From positions 32,001-96,000 of the forward strand of contig JBBQFN010000005.1 of NCBI GenBank assembly GCA_038321985.1: DNA of 64,000 bases. The letters are read 5' to 3'. Every line of letters begins with the position of its first letter. Positions within the stretch are counted from its first letter, which is position 1. The notes beneath the pieces are model-generated. The model was not told the DNA's origin, did no database searches, and saw nothing but the letters and a program-made list of their open reading frames with translations. Both the position numbers and the translations under genes were made by a program. Below are positions 19,910-29,548 of this stretch, one piece after another. Origin of the DNA: Cyanophyceae cyanobacterium (GTDB lineage Bacteria > Cyanobacteriota > Cyanobacteriia > Cyanobacteriales > Laspinemataceae).

Positions 19910-22684
19910 GTGAGTTCTAATCGGGATCAACTACAAGCACTGATTGCAGAGATTGATGGAATTCTGCGAAAAATGAACTCCCGCCTCCCATGGGTGAGTT
20001 TGGGGGATACTCGTCGGGTTTTGGAGCGAGTGCGTCTTTATCTGGATTCCCAACTGGCCTCTGAGGGTAGCCCGGGGGTTTCTTTGACTGCCTGGGAGCA
20101 GTATCCGATCGCCCCCGACACCAGGGCGAGTGCCCCACAAGAAGACCGGGAAGCCGCCGGAATACAGGCAGTGTTTCAAGGACTAATCCAAGATTTGGCG
20201 GGGTTGCGGAGTAACCTGATGCAGCCGTTGCAGGAAGAAATCGCAACCTTAAGCCAAGAACGACATTCCTTGATGGAAGAAGTCCGGCAATTGGAGCAAA
20301 AAAAACGGCATTACTCAACCGTAGCTGGACAACAGGCTGATCAACAGCAGGCGATCTCTGAGTTTTTACAAGCCTTGCTCGGACCCCTGCAAGAGCACCT
20401 CTCCCAAGAAGTTTCTCAGGCGATCGGACAGATAGAAACCCACTTGTTAACCGACGAGACTCCCAGTCGCCTCGGGGGTAATGCTCTCGAATCGAAGTTT
20501 CGACGAGAACCAGTCAACCCTTTAACTGAAGAGAATTCTGAGCTGTTATCCCCCCAAGCCCGATTAGAACAGTTGCAGCGGCTAGAGGGGGAGTCCGATC
20601 GCCTGTTAATGTCCCTCGACTCTACCCTGCGAGTTGTATTTGAAGCCCTCGATCGCAACGTTAATAGTTACAATGACTCCCTGGTTCAAGGCTTAGAGAA
20701 GATGCATCGCCTCGGACAGCAGGGAGAACTCATGTTTAGTGTCCTAGTCAATCATCTGGCCCAGCTTTTAGGTCAAGAGACCTCGTCCTATTTGCAATCA
20801 TCCCTGCAACTGTTGTATTCTACTCCATCGGCGCTCGATGGGACCCCCGAATCCAACCCGGAACCCCCAAACCCCGCACTTCAGCGCGATCGCCTCGAAA
20901 AGCCTCCGATTCCTCCAAAACTACCCCCAAACTCTCGCATCCCCTCTTTGCAAGAAGAACCCCAAACCTCTCCTAAAACTCCCCGAATTTCTGCCCAGGG
21001 GTCAAAAGCTCAAATTTCCCCGGAACAGAGCCAGGAACTTCTAAAATTCCCCTTTGCCGGAGCAGAATTAACCCCGCTCACGGAAGGAACAGAGGCTGAA
21101 ATTACAGCCGAGGCAAAGCCTCTTCCCATTTCCAAAACTCGGCAGGAAATGTCTCAAGACAACTTTGAATTTGCAGCCCAATTGGCACAGAGTTCGCAGA
21201 AGGATGAGGATTTGTCCTCGGTGAGTGTTCAGGAACCGAACCGGGTTTCTCCCTCAAATCTTAACCCCGATGATCTTCTACCCGAATTAGGGTTTGAGGG
21301 GTGGGTTACACCGGATGACCAATTGCCTGAGGAGTGGGATTTGTCTGCCGCTTTTGATTTAGAAGAAAATTTACCACCCGCCTCGGAGTTACTCCCCCCG
21401 TCGAACCCAAATAATCAAGATTTATTCCCCCTTAGCGCAGAACCGAACTCTCAGGAGACTGGGGAGACTTCCCCCTATGGCGAAGAAGACTTATTTGCGG
21501 ACCTCGCCAGTCTCCAAGATGCACCGGGAATGGGGGGAGAGTATTCAGAAGAGTACATGGATGAGTTTCTATTTGGCGATCGCTTGGAGTCCCTGCTGAC
21601 GGATTCAGAGTCAGAAACTGACTCCCCACCCCTCATCGAGACAACCGAATCCCCGAAAAAACCGGAACCCCCAGGGAGCAAAAACGAGGAAACTACAGAC
21701 GATTTGTTTGCTGATTTTGAGACGGTATCCCCCTCAAGCGTAGAGTTTCTGAACTGGGAACCTGAGACCCTAGACGCAAGTACCCCGCCTCCCCTGATTG
21801 AGGATTCGCTTCCCCAACTGGGGGATGAGGCGATCTCCTCCAATCTAAATTTAGAGGGAGATTGGGACGAAACCGCCTATCTCACCGCTTCTCCCCAGGA
21901 AAATTTACTGGCAGAGGAGGACCTAGAGGAGGAACTGGACAATCTCTGGCTGAGTAATACGGGTATCAAACGTTTAGACGAGGACCTTTCTAAATTAGAA
22001 GCCATCCAAAAAATAGCAGAACCGCAGGGTACAAAAGTGCAAGAATCGGGCTGGCAGGGGACCGAACTCAGCGCAGAACAATGGCTTGCGGAATTCACCG
22101 CTGAATCCCCCTCATCGGAGAGAGTCAACTGGGAGGATGTTGAGGAAACCCTGCCGGGGAGAGAAAGTAGGGATTCTCCCTTAGAACCGGATGCCGAAGA
22201 GTTCCTCCCCGAGACAGCCGAATCGGATCCGGTGGCGATCGCCTTAAACTCTGACTTTTTCAATGAGCAGGAATCCTCATCTGTGACAGAGAAGGAGATA
22301 CTTCTATCGGAGTCAAAACCCATCAACTCAGGGAAAACCGAATCCCCGGCAAAGGCGGTGTCCCCTACTCTCAAGCAGGAACCTGAACCCGAGGCAACGA
22401 GGCGAGCAAACAGTGTTTTGCCCACCTTAGATGATATTTTTGCCGAACTAATGGCGACAAATCCGCCCCCAGTCGTCAAAATAACCGCTGAAGAAGGTGT
22501 TAACCATGAGACGGTGGAAGATTTTTTTGCCAACTTTATGGATGATGAAAATCCGGCGACTGCACCAGCGGATCCTGAACCCGAGGCCACTCAGCCAGAG
22601 GTCCCCCTCCCACCCGATGATGACCTCTCTCATCCCACCCTGGATAATTTCTTTGAAAGTTGGGACGATGGTCCCACCCGCTGA
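19910..22684 (+). CDS. Hypothetical protein: N-terminal coiled coil plus long acidic Pro/Glu-rich disordered region
   Basis: 924-aa ORF (GTG start); heptads in first ~300 aa; E/P/S/D-rich remainder. Confidence 0.85.
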   Translation: MSSNRDQLQALIAEIDGILRKMNSRLPWVSLGDTRRVLERVRLYLDSQLASEGSPGVSLTAWEQYPIAPDTRASAPQEDREAAGIQAVFQGLIQDLAGLRSNLMQPLQEEIATLSQERHSLMEEVRQLEQKKRHYSTVAGQQADQQQAISEFLQALLGPLQEHLSQEVSQAIGQIETHLLTDETPSRLGGNALESKFRREPVNPLTEENSELLSPQARLEQLQRLEGESDRLLMSLDSTLRVVFEALDRNVNSYNDSLVQGLEKMHRLGQQGELMFSVLVNHLAQLLGQETSSYLQSSLQLLYSTPSALDGTPESNPEPPNPALQRDRLEKPPIPPKLPPNSRIPSLQEEPQTSPKTPRISAQGSKAQISPEQSQELLKFPFAGAELTPLTEGTEAEITAEAKPLPISKTRQEMSQDNFEFAAQLAQSSQKDEDLSSVSVQEPNRVSPSNLNPDDLLPELGFEGWVTPDDQLPEEWDLSAAFDLEENLPPASELLPPSNPNNQDLFPLSAEPNSQETGETSPYGEEDLFADLASLQDAPGMGGEYSEEYMDEFLFGDRLESLLTDSESETDSPPLIETTESPKKPEPPGSKNEETTDDLFADFETVSPSSVEFLNWEPETLDASTPPPLIEDSLPQLGDEAISSNLNLEGDWDETAYLTASPQENLLAEEDLEEELDNLWLSNTGIKRLDEDLSKLEAIQKIAEPQGTKVQESGWQGTELSAEQWLAEFTAESPSSERVNWEDVEETLPGRESRDSPLEPDAEEFLPETAESDPVAIALNSDFFNEQESSSVTEKEILLSESKPINSGKTESPAKAVSPTLKQEPEPEATRRANSVLPTLDDIFAELMATNPPPVVKITAEEGVNHETVEDFFANFMDDENPATAPADPEPEATQPEVPLPPDDDLSHPTLDNFFESWDDGPTR

Positions 22685-22770
22685 AGTTTAACGGATGGCT
22701 TTTTTGCGGGGATCACCTGCGCGTTTCACGTAAGGATTCGGTTAAACTCGATTGGGTACGGCAACCAGCT

Positions 22771-24759
22771 ATGGGGGAAATCAGAAGAATGGCAGCGCCA
22801 AACGGATCGTCCGGGTTGTGGTATTTGGGAATTGATCTCGGGACGACTCACCTATCCGCGGCTTTGTTCGATCGCCTCACCTGTCAGTTATATCCGCTTT
22901 ATTGGCATCCCCTGGGTTCTCAGGGTTCTGACCCAACGTTTCGTTTGCCTTCCCAGGTTTATCTACGGTCCCAGGGGTGGTGGTTGCATCAGTTTAAACC
23001 CCTTTTGTTGCCGGGAATTGCGGGAACGAGAACGAAGGAGAACGCAGGGGACCGAGAAATACACCCCAGTGTTGTGCCCCTAGAGTTGCTGAATCGAAAG
23101 CGGGCAAAACAAGAGGTGGTGTTACGATCGCACGGACGATCCCTCGGGTTAAGCGATCTTCTGGATGCCTTGAGCTCTTTGTTAGCCACGATCACCGCAG
23201 CTGGAGTGGCCCCTGTGGAGCAGTCGGACGGTTTGCCGGTGGTAGAAGTGGCATCCGCTTCGGGGCGATCGCTGAGGTGGCCCTCTGCTTCATCTCCCCG
23301 CAGTCACGCGATTGCTACCCTGTCATCGGCGCTGACAATGGCGACGCCTTCGGCAGCCATTGGCGGTGCTGCCGGGTTAGAATCAGATCAGTTACAAGGG
23401 GCGATCTCTCAGTTACAAGGGGCGATCGTCAGTTTTCCAGGAAGTTGGCCCGATAGTTATTGTTTTAATATTCGCGAATCTATATTAAGTGCCGGTTTAG
23501 TCCAAGAACCCGCCCAAGTTTTATTTGTGGAAAATGCGATCGCAGCATGGCTATCGGTACTTCCCGGCGTCGGTGGAGAACGGGTGACAATTCCTTCGGT
23601 CTTATCGCGACAATTTCACCCCCAGGAAGGACCGGGGGTGAGTTGGCAACGGTCTCGGGCGATGGGGAGTCGCTATGGGTTGGCGATCGATTCCGGTGCA
23701 ACGATGACTGAGTTGGCGTTAGTTTGTGTCCCGGAAAACCTAGCCGAACTCAGTACATCTCACTTTGAAGTGCGGAGTTTTCCGTATGCGGGTCAAGCCT
23801 TAGACCAAGATATTATTTGTCAGCTATTTTGGAACGATACAGTCCGCCGGAATAATGGGGGATATTGGCATCTGGGGTGCGATCTGGAGTTACCCCGTCC
23901 GGGAGAGCCCGATGCAGGACGACGAATGCAGTTACAGCAGCGATTACTCGCACACCAGGTCGGGCAAGAATTGTTAGTGGCGGCTGAGGGGGTGAAGTTA
24001 GCCCTACAAGAGCAAGATGTATATACAGTAACTGTGGGTGAGTTTCGGTGGACGATCGCTCACCGGGAGTTACAAAGTTTGGTGGTTGAGCCGTTCCTCC
24101 ACTTTTTGAATCAATCTCTAAATGGCTTGTTGATTGAAACGGGTCTATCGGCGATCGCAGTTGAGCGCGCGGTCTGTACGGGGGGTACGGCACAATCTCT
24201 CTCCCTGATGGGATGGATGCGGCAAAAACTCCCGAATGCGACGTTAATCGCCGATCCACCCCGGGGAAATCGCGGTTCGGGGTCGAGTCGGATTGCCTTT
24301 GGCTTGGCGGCTTTACCTTTGTATCCTCGGGTTTTGGACCTGAATCGACAGCAGTATGGGGATTATTTTTTACTGGCGGAATTGTTGCGGGCTGTGGGGG
24401 ACGACCGCCCCCGGTCCTTGCGGGAAATTGTGGCTTTGGTGGAACGTCGCGGGATTCACGGGCGATCGCTCGGCAATCGGATTCAAGGGTTTTTGGATGG
24501 GAAGTTACCTCCGGGGTTGAGTTCGGGGGTTCCCTCTGGGATTCCGATGCCGGAACTGGCGGCGACGACGGAGTATCCTCTCACTCCCGATGTTCCACTT
24601 TTTGAGCAAGTTGATGGGACTTATCGGGTTAATCCGGAACAGTCTCGGCGGTTGTTACAATATTTACAGGCGATCGCCGCTACGACCCATCAACATTTTG
24701 AAGAACCCTTACTGCTTTATTTAAGTGAGTTTATCAGCCCTCACCGCGATCGCTTTTGA
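22771..24759 (+). CDS. Divergent actin/Hsp70-fold ATPase-like protein
   Basis: WYLGIDLGTT, FVENAIAA, IDSGATMTE, YAGQALDQDI, VCTGGTAQ; ATG at 22771 or 22789 more plausible than TTG 22660. Confidence 0.8.
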   Translation: MGEIRRMAAPNGSSGLWYLGIDLGTTHLSAALFDRLTCQLYPLYWHPLGSQGSDPTFRLPSQVYLRSQGWWLHQFKPLLLPGIAGTRTKENAGDREIHPSVVPLELLNRKRAKQEVVLRSHGRSLGLSDLLDALSSLLATITAAGVAPVEQSDGLPVVEVASASGRSLRWPSASSPRSHAIATLSSALTMATPSAAIGGAAGLESDQLQGAISQLQGAIVSFPGSWPDSYCFNIRESILSAGLVQEPAQVLFVENAIAAWLSVLPGVGGERVTIPSVLSRQFHPQEGPGVSWQRSRAMGSRYGLAIDSGATMTELALVCVPENLAELSTSHFEVRSFPYAGQALDQDIICQLFWNDTVRRNNGGYWHLGCDLELPRPGEPDAGRRMQLQQRLLAHQVGQELLVAAEGVKLALQEQDVYTVTVGEFRWTIAHRELQSLVVEPFLHFLNQSLNGLLIETGLSAIAVERAVCTGGTAQSLSLMGWMRQKLPNATLIADPPRGNRGSGSSRIAFGLAALPLYPRVLDLNRQQYGDYFLLAELLRAVGDDRPRSLREIVALVERRGIHGRSLGNRIQGFLDGKLPPGLSSGVPSGIPMPELAATTEYPLTPDVPLFEQVDGTYRVNPEQSRRLLQYLQAIAATTHQHFEEPLLLYLSEFISPHRDRF

Positions 24760-24786
24760 AAAACTTTTTGTATAAATTGTAGTAAG

Positions 24787-24802
24787 TGTAACAATAGCTA
24801 CA
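24787..24802. promoter_or_regulatory. Putative NtcA-binding site
   Basis: TGTA-ACAATAGC-TACA, exact TGTA-N8-TACA consensus, intergenic. Confidence 0.5.
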
Positions 24803-25112
24803 GAAAGAAGTAAAAATATAGGTTAAAGGACAAAAGCAATGGTCTAGAATTGTAGCCTAGCCCCGCTATTGTGAAGCGATCGCCGGATGTTGCTCAACTG
24901 GAGATTAAAATAACTTCAGGCAAGCCCAGACCGGGGCGCAGGAGTTGACCCAAACCCGCACTTAATTCTAAACAATACAAAAACTTTACAAAACCCCCAG
25001 ACATTTAAAAGTTTAAGTAAATATCCGTAGATAGCTGTACCGAATCTCCAACATTGTCAGTATGGTGAGTAAACAATCAGGATACACACCCCAAAACTGA
25101 CGGGAGAAAATC

Positions 25113-25826
25113 GTGTTAACTACTCATAAAATCGCTATATCTAACCCTTTTACACTTCCTCAACCCACTATATCTTCGTTTGAAAATACTTCGACTAATC
25201 AAAGCATTCAGCTAGAAATTCATCCCTCCCTTTACAGTAAAACAAAGCGGCTGATTGATATTCTGGGAGCATTAGTAGGATTGATGATCACAGCAGTGAT
25301 TGCTATTCCCATCGCAATCGCCATGCAGTTCGACAATCCAGGACCCCTACTCTACAGCCAAATCCGCTGCGGCCATCAGGGCCGTCACTTCCGAATGTGG
25401 AAATTTCGCTCGATGGTTGTCAATGCCGAACATCTCCAGCATTTGGTCACTAACGAAGTTAAAGGACATCTGTTTAAAAACGAAAAAGACCCTCGCATCA
25501 CCCGAGTAGGCCGGTTTTTGCGTCGCACCAGTCTGGATGAACTCCCCCAACTTTGGAACGTGCTGATGGGAGATATGAGCTTAGTGGGGACTCGTCCACC
25601 CACCCCCGGGGAAGTCAAGGATTACCAACCCCACCATTTAGACCGCTTGAACGTCAAACCAGGTCTAACGGGAGAATGGCAGACGAACGGACGCTCTAGC
25701 ATTAAAGACTTTGAAGAAGTCATTCGCTTGGATTTGGAATATCAGCGCAAGTGGTCGATTGCTTATGACTTGCTGCTGATTTTGAAAACGTTTCAGGTCA
25801 TTGTCAATCAAAAAGGAGCCTGCTAA
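25113..25826 (+). CDS. Sugar transferase (WcaJ/WbaP C-terminal, Bac_transf)
   Basis: KRLIDI, WKFRSM, DPRITRVGRFLRRTSLDELPQ, GDMSLVGTRP, KPGLTG. Confidence 0.95.
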   Translation: MLTTHKIAISNPFTLPQPTISSFENTSTNQSIQLEIHPSLYSKTKRLIDILGALVGLMITAVIAIPIAIAMQFDNPGPLLYSQIRCGHQGRHFRMWKFRSMVVNAEHLQHLVTNEVKGHLFKNEKDPRITRVGRFLRRTSLDELPQLWNVLMGDMSLVGTRPPTPGEVKDYQPHHLDRLNVKPGLTGEWQTNGRSSIKDFEEVIRLDLEYQRKWSIAYDLLLILKTFQVIVNQKGAC

Positions 25827-25873
25827 AAGCAGATGTAGGGGACAAAACCGAGCATTCAGAGCAAAATATGTTA

Positions 25874-25912
25874 ACCTAGGGCCAATACTTCGGTCGGCCC
25901 TAGGTCTTTTTT
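25874..25912 (+). terminator. Intrinsic terminator after sugar transferase
   Basis: ACCTAGGGCC..GGCCCTAGGT stem followed by CTTTTTT. Confidence 0.7.
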
Positions 25913-25934
25913 ATTCTGTTTTTATGAGCCATTT

Positions 25935-26462
25935 ATGACGCTCTCAACTTGGATCACTTTCTCCCGTTTACTGGGGGTGCCTTTTCTACTCTATTTCCTG
26001 TCAGACCCCACACCGAGGTTACGATGGCTTTCCGTAGTAATTTTTTTGGTAGCAGCAGGAACAGATTGGTTGGACGGCTATTTAGCCCGAAAACTGGATC
26101 AAGTTACGGAGTTGGGGAAATTTCTGGATCCGTTAGTCGATAAGTTATTGGTACTGGCTCCCCTGTTGTCCTTGGTGGAACTTGGACAGTTACCGGCCTG
26201 GGGGGTATTTTTGATTTTGTTTAGAGAATTGGCGATCGCCGGATGGCGCATCAATCCGGCTTTAACTGGCAATACGGCGATCGCAGGTGCCAATGTGTGG
26301 GGTAAGTTGAAAACCCTGAGTCAGATTCTGGCGATCGCCCTGTTGATCGCTCCTCTGCCTCCGGAATGGTCCGCAGTCGCCTTAGTTGCCTTCTGGGTTT
26401 CCGTGGCCCTGACTTGGATTTCCGGGGTGATTTACCTCTGGCCTCAACGGAGTATCTCCTAA
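25935..26462 (+). CDS. pgsA: CDP-diacylglycerol--glycerol-3-phosphate 3-phosphatidyltransferase
   Basis: TDWLDGYLARK..GKFLDPLVDK CDP-alcohol motif; GKLKT. Confidence 0.95.
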   Translation: MTLSTWITFSRLLGVPFLLYFLSDPTPRLRWLSVVIFLVAAGTDWLDGYLARKLDQVTELGKFLDPLVDKLLVLAPLLSLVELGQLPAWGVFLILFRELAIAGWRINPALTGNTAIAGANVWGKLKTLSQILAIALLIAPLPPEWSAVALVAFWVSVALTWISGVIYLWPQRSIS

Positions 26463-27233
26463 ACTCCATAAAAAGGCATCATCGGTGTGAATTTTATTCC
26501 TATAGATATAGATCTATTTAAAAACCCTGGAACAAGGACTGTGTTAATTCCCTCAATCTGCTGAGTTCTATTCAATTGAGTGTAGGGCGATCGAGACGGT
26601 ATCCATCGGCTATTGAAACGATCTATCGATAGAGGGATTATGTTTATTTTGATCAGGGCTAAACTAGGGAATAAATTCAGCACCGCGAGCTGTCATAAGA
26701 GACTTTCTTTCCCTTGAATGATCCTATATATCAGGCAACTGCACGTGACAAAAAACCTGAAAATTCGCTCCCCAAAAGGGGAGGCTACCTATAAAGAGTC
26801 GGGCCAGCGTGCTTCTTGAGGTTTACTGCGTCCTCGACCCCTAAACCCGGTGGGATAGACTTGACAGTTTCCCAAAATAAAGATTAACCTGTACTGGTTG
26901 AGCGAGTTAAAAAGACAACCTATTTAAGCTGGTATCTTGTGTTGTTTGGGTATTTTCCATTCGCTTCTTTGAGGGTAGGCTAGTCAGCGTGATTCCCCAC
27001 GTCTGGGAAGTTGACCCCATTAAGCTAACCATGCCCTGCAAGCCCCTATTTCCGCTTGTACTACAGCAGCAGATATTGACGATCTGTTAGTAACCCTGTT
27101 TTTTAGGACTGTCCTAAGTTTGCCGCACCCAGTAGTTGAGACAGAACTCAATACAGCAACCTGTCAGAAGTTTAGCTTATTAAAAAGCCCACAATTCTGA
27201 CAAAGCACAAGAGCGATAATGGAGGCATTTTAA

Positions 27234-27755
27234 ATGTTGAAGCGACTTTTAACCGTAAGTTCCGTACTGGTATTGCTGCTGATCGGAATTACACCAGCTG
27301 CCTACGCACAAACCCCAGAGAAAGCGCCACAGGGTTCGATGGAAATTTTGGCTCAATCTCAAATTAGCGATGAGGATCTCGACAAGTTTTCTCGTGCTAT
27401 TTATCAAATGTTGACAATCGAGCAACAGTTTCAAGAAAGAATCGTACAAACCATTGAAAGTCAAGGGTTTAGTCAAGAGCGATTTGCAGAAATTTATGAA
27501 GCGAGCGTTCAAGCCGAACAGGACCCACAAGCTCAAGCTGCTCTAAATATTTCAACTGAAGAACAGCAAAAGTTTGCTCAAATCATGCAAGAAGGACGGC
27601 AGATTCAAGAGGAGTCTCAGCAAAAACAAGAGCAGGCGATCGCCAGTCTCGGACTTAATCTGGACCGCTTGAATGAAATCGGCACAGCTATTCAACAAAA
27701 TCCGGAACTTCAACAAGAAGTGAAGTCCCGATTAGAAGAACTTATGGACCAATAA
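27234..27755 (+). CDS. Exported Gln-rich protein (DUF4168-like)
   Basis: GGAGG RBS, signal peptide ending AYA, two repeats of the I..G(F/L)...R(F/L).EI pattern. Confidence 0.8.
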   Translation: MLKRLLTVSSVLVLLLIGITPAAYAQTPEKAPQGSMEILAQSQISDEDLDKFSRAIYQMLTIEQQFQERIVQTIESQGFSQERFAEIYEASVQAEQDPQAQAALNISTEEQQKFAQIMQEGRQIQEESQQKQEQAIASLGLNLDRLNEIGTAIQQNPELQQEVKSRLEELMDQ

Positions 27756-27803
27756 AATCCTCCGGTTATTAGGACTAAGGAATAGTTGGGCTTTCATTGA
27801 ATG

Positions 27804-27836
27804 ATAGAGGTATATTTATTATACCTCTATTTTTTT
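27804..27836 (+). terminator. Intrinsic terminator
   Basis: ATAGAGGTATA..TATACCTCTAT followed by T run, between convergent genes. Confidence 0.65.
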
Positions 27837-27863
27837 GATTTATTCCCGTGAGGAAATTAGAGA

Positions 27864-28796
27864 TTAACTGACGCTACTGATAATTTCATCATCTACCGAA
27901 AAGTCTATTTCAGCTTGGTCTGAACTGTCAGTTAGATAGTCATTTTCAAAGGAATCTTTTAACCCAGAAATTAGATCAAATTTAGGTTGCCAATTGAGTT
28001 CCTGCACGGCTTTACTGACATCGGCGAAAAAGTGCTGCACTCGCATCGGAAAGGCTTTACGTTTGCCAAAGTCAAATTGTTTGGGGTCGTAATGGATTAA
28101 TTTTACTTCTGATTTTCCTGCTGCTTCTGCACAGGCACGTGCTAATCCGTCAAAGGTGACATAACGATCGCCAGAAATGTTATAAATCTGCCCGATTGCG
28201 GTTTCGTTGCCTAGCACTGCCGCCATTGCATTGGCTAAATCATAACAGTGACCGAGTTGGGTGATATGAAACCCCTTTCCCGGGATTGGAATCGGGCGAT
28301 CGCGCACGATGCGATCAAAAAACCACCCTTCTAAGGGATTATAATTTTGCGGCCCATAAATATAAGTAGGACGGATCGAAGTAAAGGGCAATCCTTGCTG
28401 GGATAAATAGGTTTCTGTATCGTTTTTGCCTTTATGGCGACTTTTTGGGTCAACCGGATCCTCTTCCCGGTGCGGCATTTGATCGGATTTGAGATAGACG
28501 CCTGCGGAACTCATATATATAAAATGTTTAACTTTGCCGTTAAACAAATCAGCCAGAGGTTTGGTGTCGCTGAGTTCCCGTCCGTTATTGTCGAAAATGG
28601 CATCAAATTCTTCGGAGGCGAGTTTCTCGTTCAGTTGAGATTCATCGGTGCGATCGCCGTGAATTTGTTGCAATCCCTCGACTGGGGCGGGTTTATTCCC
28701 GCGATTGAAAAGAACAACTTCATGGCCTTGTTCAACCAGAATTTTAGTCAGATAAACCCCGATAAACCGGGTGCCACCCATCATTAATATCCGCAT
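27864..28796 (-). CDS. NAD-dependent epimerase/dehydratase family (CSP41-like)
   Basis: MGGTRFIG, FNRG, FDNNGRE, RPTYIYGP. Confidence 0.9.
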   Translation of the reverse strand: MRILMMGGTRFIGVYLTKILVEQGHEVVLFNRGNKPAPVEGLQQIHGDRTDESQLNEKLASEEFDAIFDNNGRELSDTKPLADLFNGKVKHFIYMSSAGVYLKSDQMPHREEDPVDPKSRHKGKNDTETYLSQQGLPFTSIRPTYIYGPQNYNPLEGWFFDRIVRDRPIPIPGKGFHITQLGHCYDLANAMAAVLGNETAIGQIYNISGDRYVTFDGLARACAEAAGKSEVKLIHYDPKQFDFGKRKAFPMRVQHFFADVSKAVQELNWQPKFDLISGLKDSFENDYLTDSSDQAEIDFSVDDEIISSVS

Positions 28797-28867
28797 AATT
28801 GTTACCCTTTTTTACGGTCAAGGCTTATTGTACCGTAGAAGGCGACAGCCCTTTTTAATCTCCATTC

Positions 28868-29548
28868 CTACAATCCCAAAAGGGTAACCGCGATATTTCC
28901 GGAAAAGCAGACATCAACATCGGTCCCAGGAGTGCGATCGCGCAAACCGTAGACGCCTTCATAATAGTAATACTCCTCTTCAATGCGATATTTAACGGGC
29001 AAGGGTTGAGTTGAGGGTTGACAAAATACGATATTCGGTTCGGGCTCGTCAGGTTCTACAAAAGGTAGGTTTACATTCCAGAATGTGCCTGGTTGAAGAG
29101 GGCGATCAAATAATTCCTGCAAGACGGCGATCGCCAAGTGGGTGCTGCGTTCCCACTCCACAAGGCGTCCTCCCTTACGATATTGGGAAATGGCGACTGC
29201 CGGAACTCCGTGAATGGCGGCTTCCCTGACTGCGGCAACGGTTCCGGAGAGGTAAACATCGATCCCCAGATTGCCTCCGTTGTTGATGCCAGACAGGACC
29301 CAAGCGGCATCGGGACACAGACAAGAAAGGGCGATTCGGGTACAATCAGCAGGTGTCCCCCCGACTGCGTATTCAGTTTCGGACCGGCGATCGACATGAA
29401 TCGGGCGATCGGTAATCACCTGGTGACCACATCCTGATAACCCTTCTCGGGGTGCTACCATTAAGGTTTTGCGATCGCCTACGGCATTCAGGAGGGCTTG
29501 AATACCGGGGGCGTCAATTCCATCGTCGTTGGTTAAAATAAAGGTCAT
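28868..29548 (-). CDS. surE: 5'/3'-nucleotidase SurE
   Basis: ILTNDDGIDAPG, GTPADC, SGINNGGNLG..SGTVAA. Confidence 0.95.
   Translation of the reverse strand: MTFILTNDDGIDAPGIQALLNAVGDRKTLMVAPREGLSGCGHQVITDRPIHVDRRSETEYAVGGTPADCTRIALSCLCPDAAWVLSGINNGGNLGIDVYLSGTVAAVREAAIHGVPAVAISQYRKGGRLVEWERSTHLAIAVLQELFDRPLQPGTFWNVNLPFVEPDEPEPNIVFCQPSTQPLPVKYRIEEEYYYYEGVYGLRDRTPGTDVDVCFSGNIAVTLLGL

Noticed and set aside
21877..22590. 237-aa Ser-rich antisense ORF and other antisense/overlapping ORFs in the track
   Set aside because: Shadows of real genes on the opposite strand with no motifs
22660..22790. Programmed frameshift or split gene joining the 924-aa and actin-fold ORFs
   Set aside because: No slippery sequence at the 25-nt overlap, and in-frame ATGs at 22771/22789 give a normal separate start; a fusion in relatives cannot be excluded
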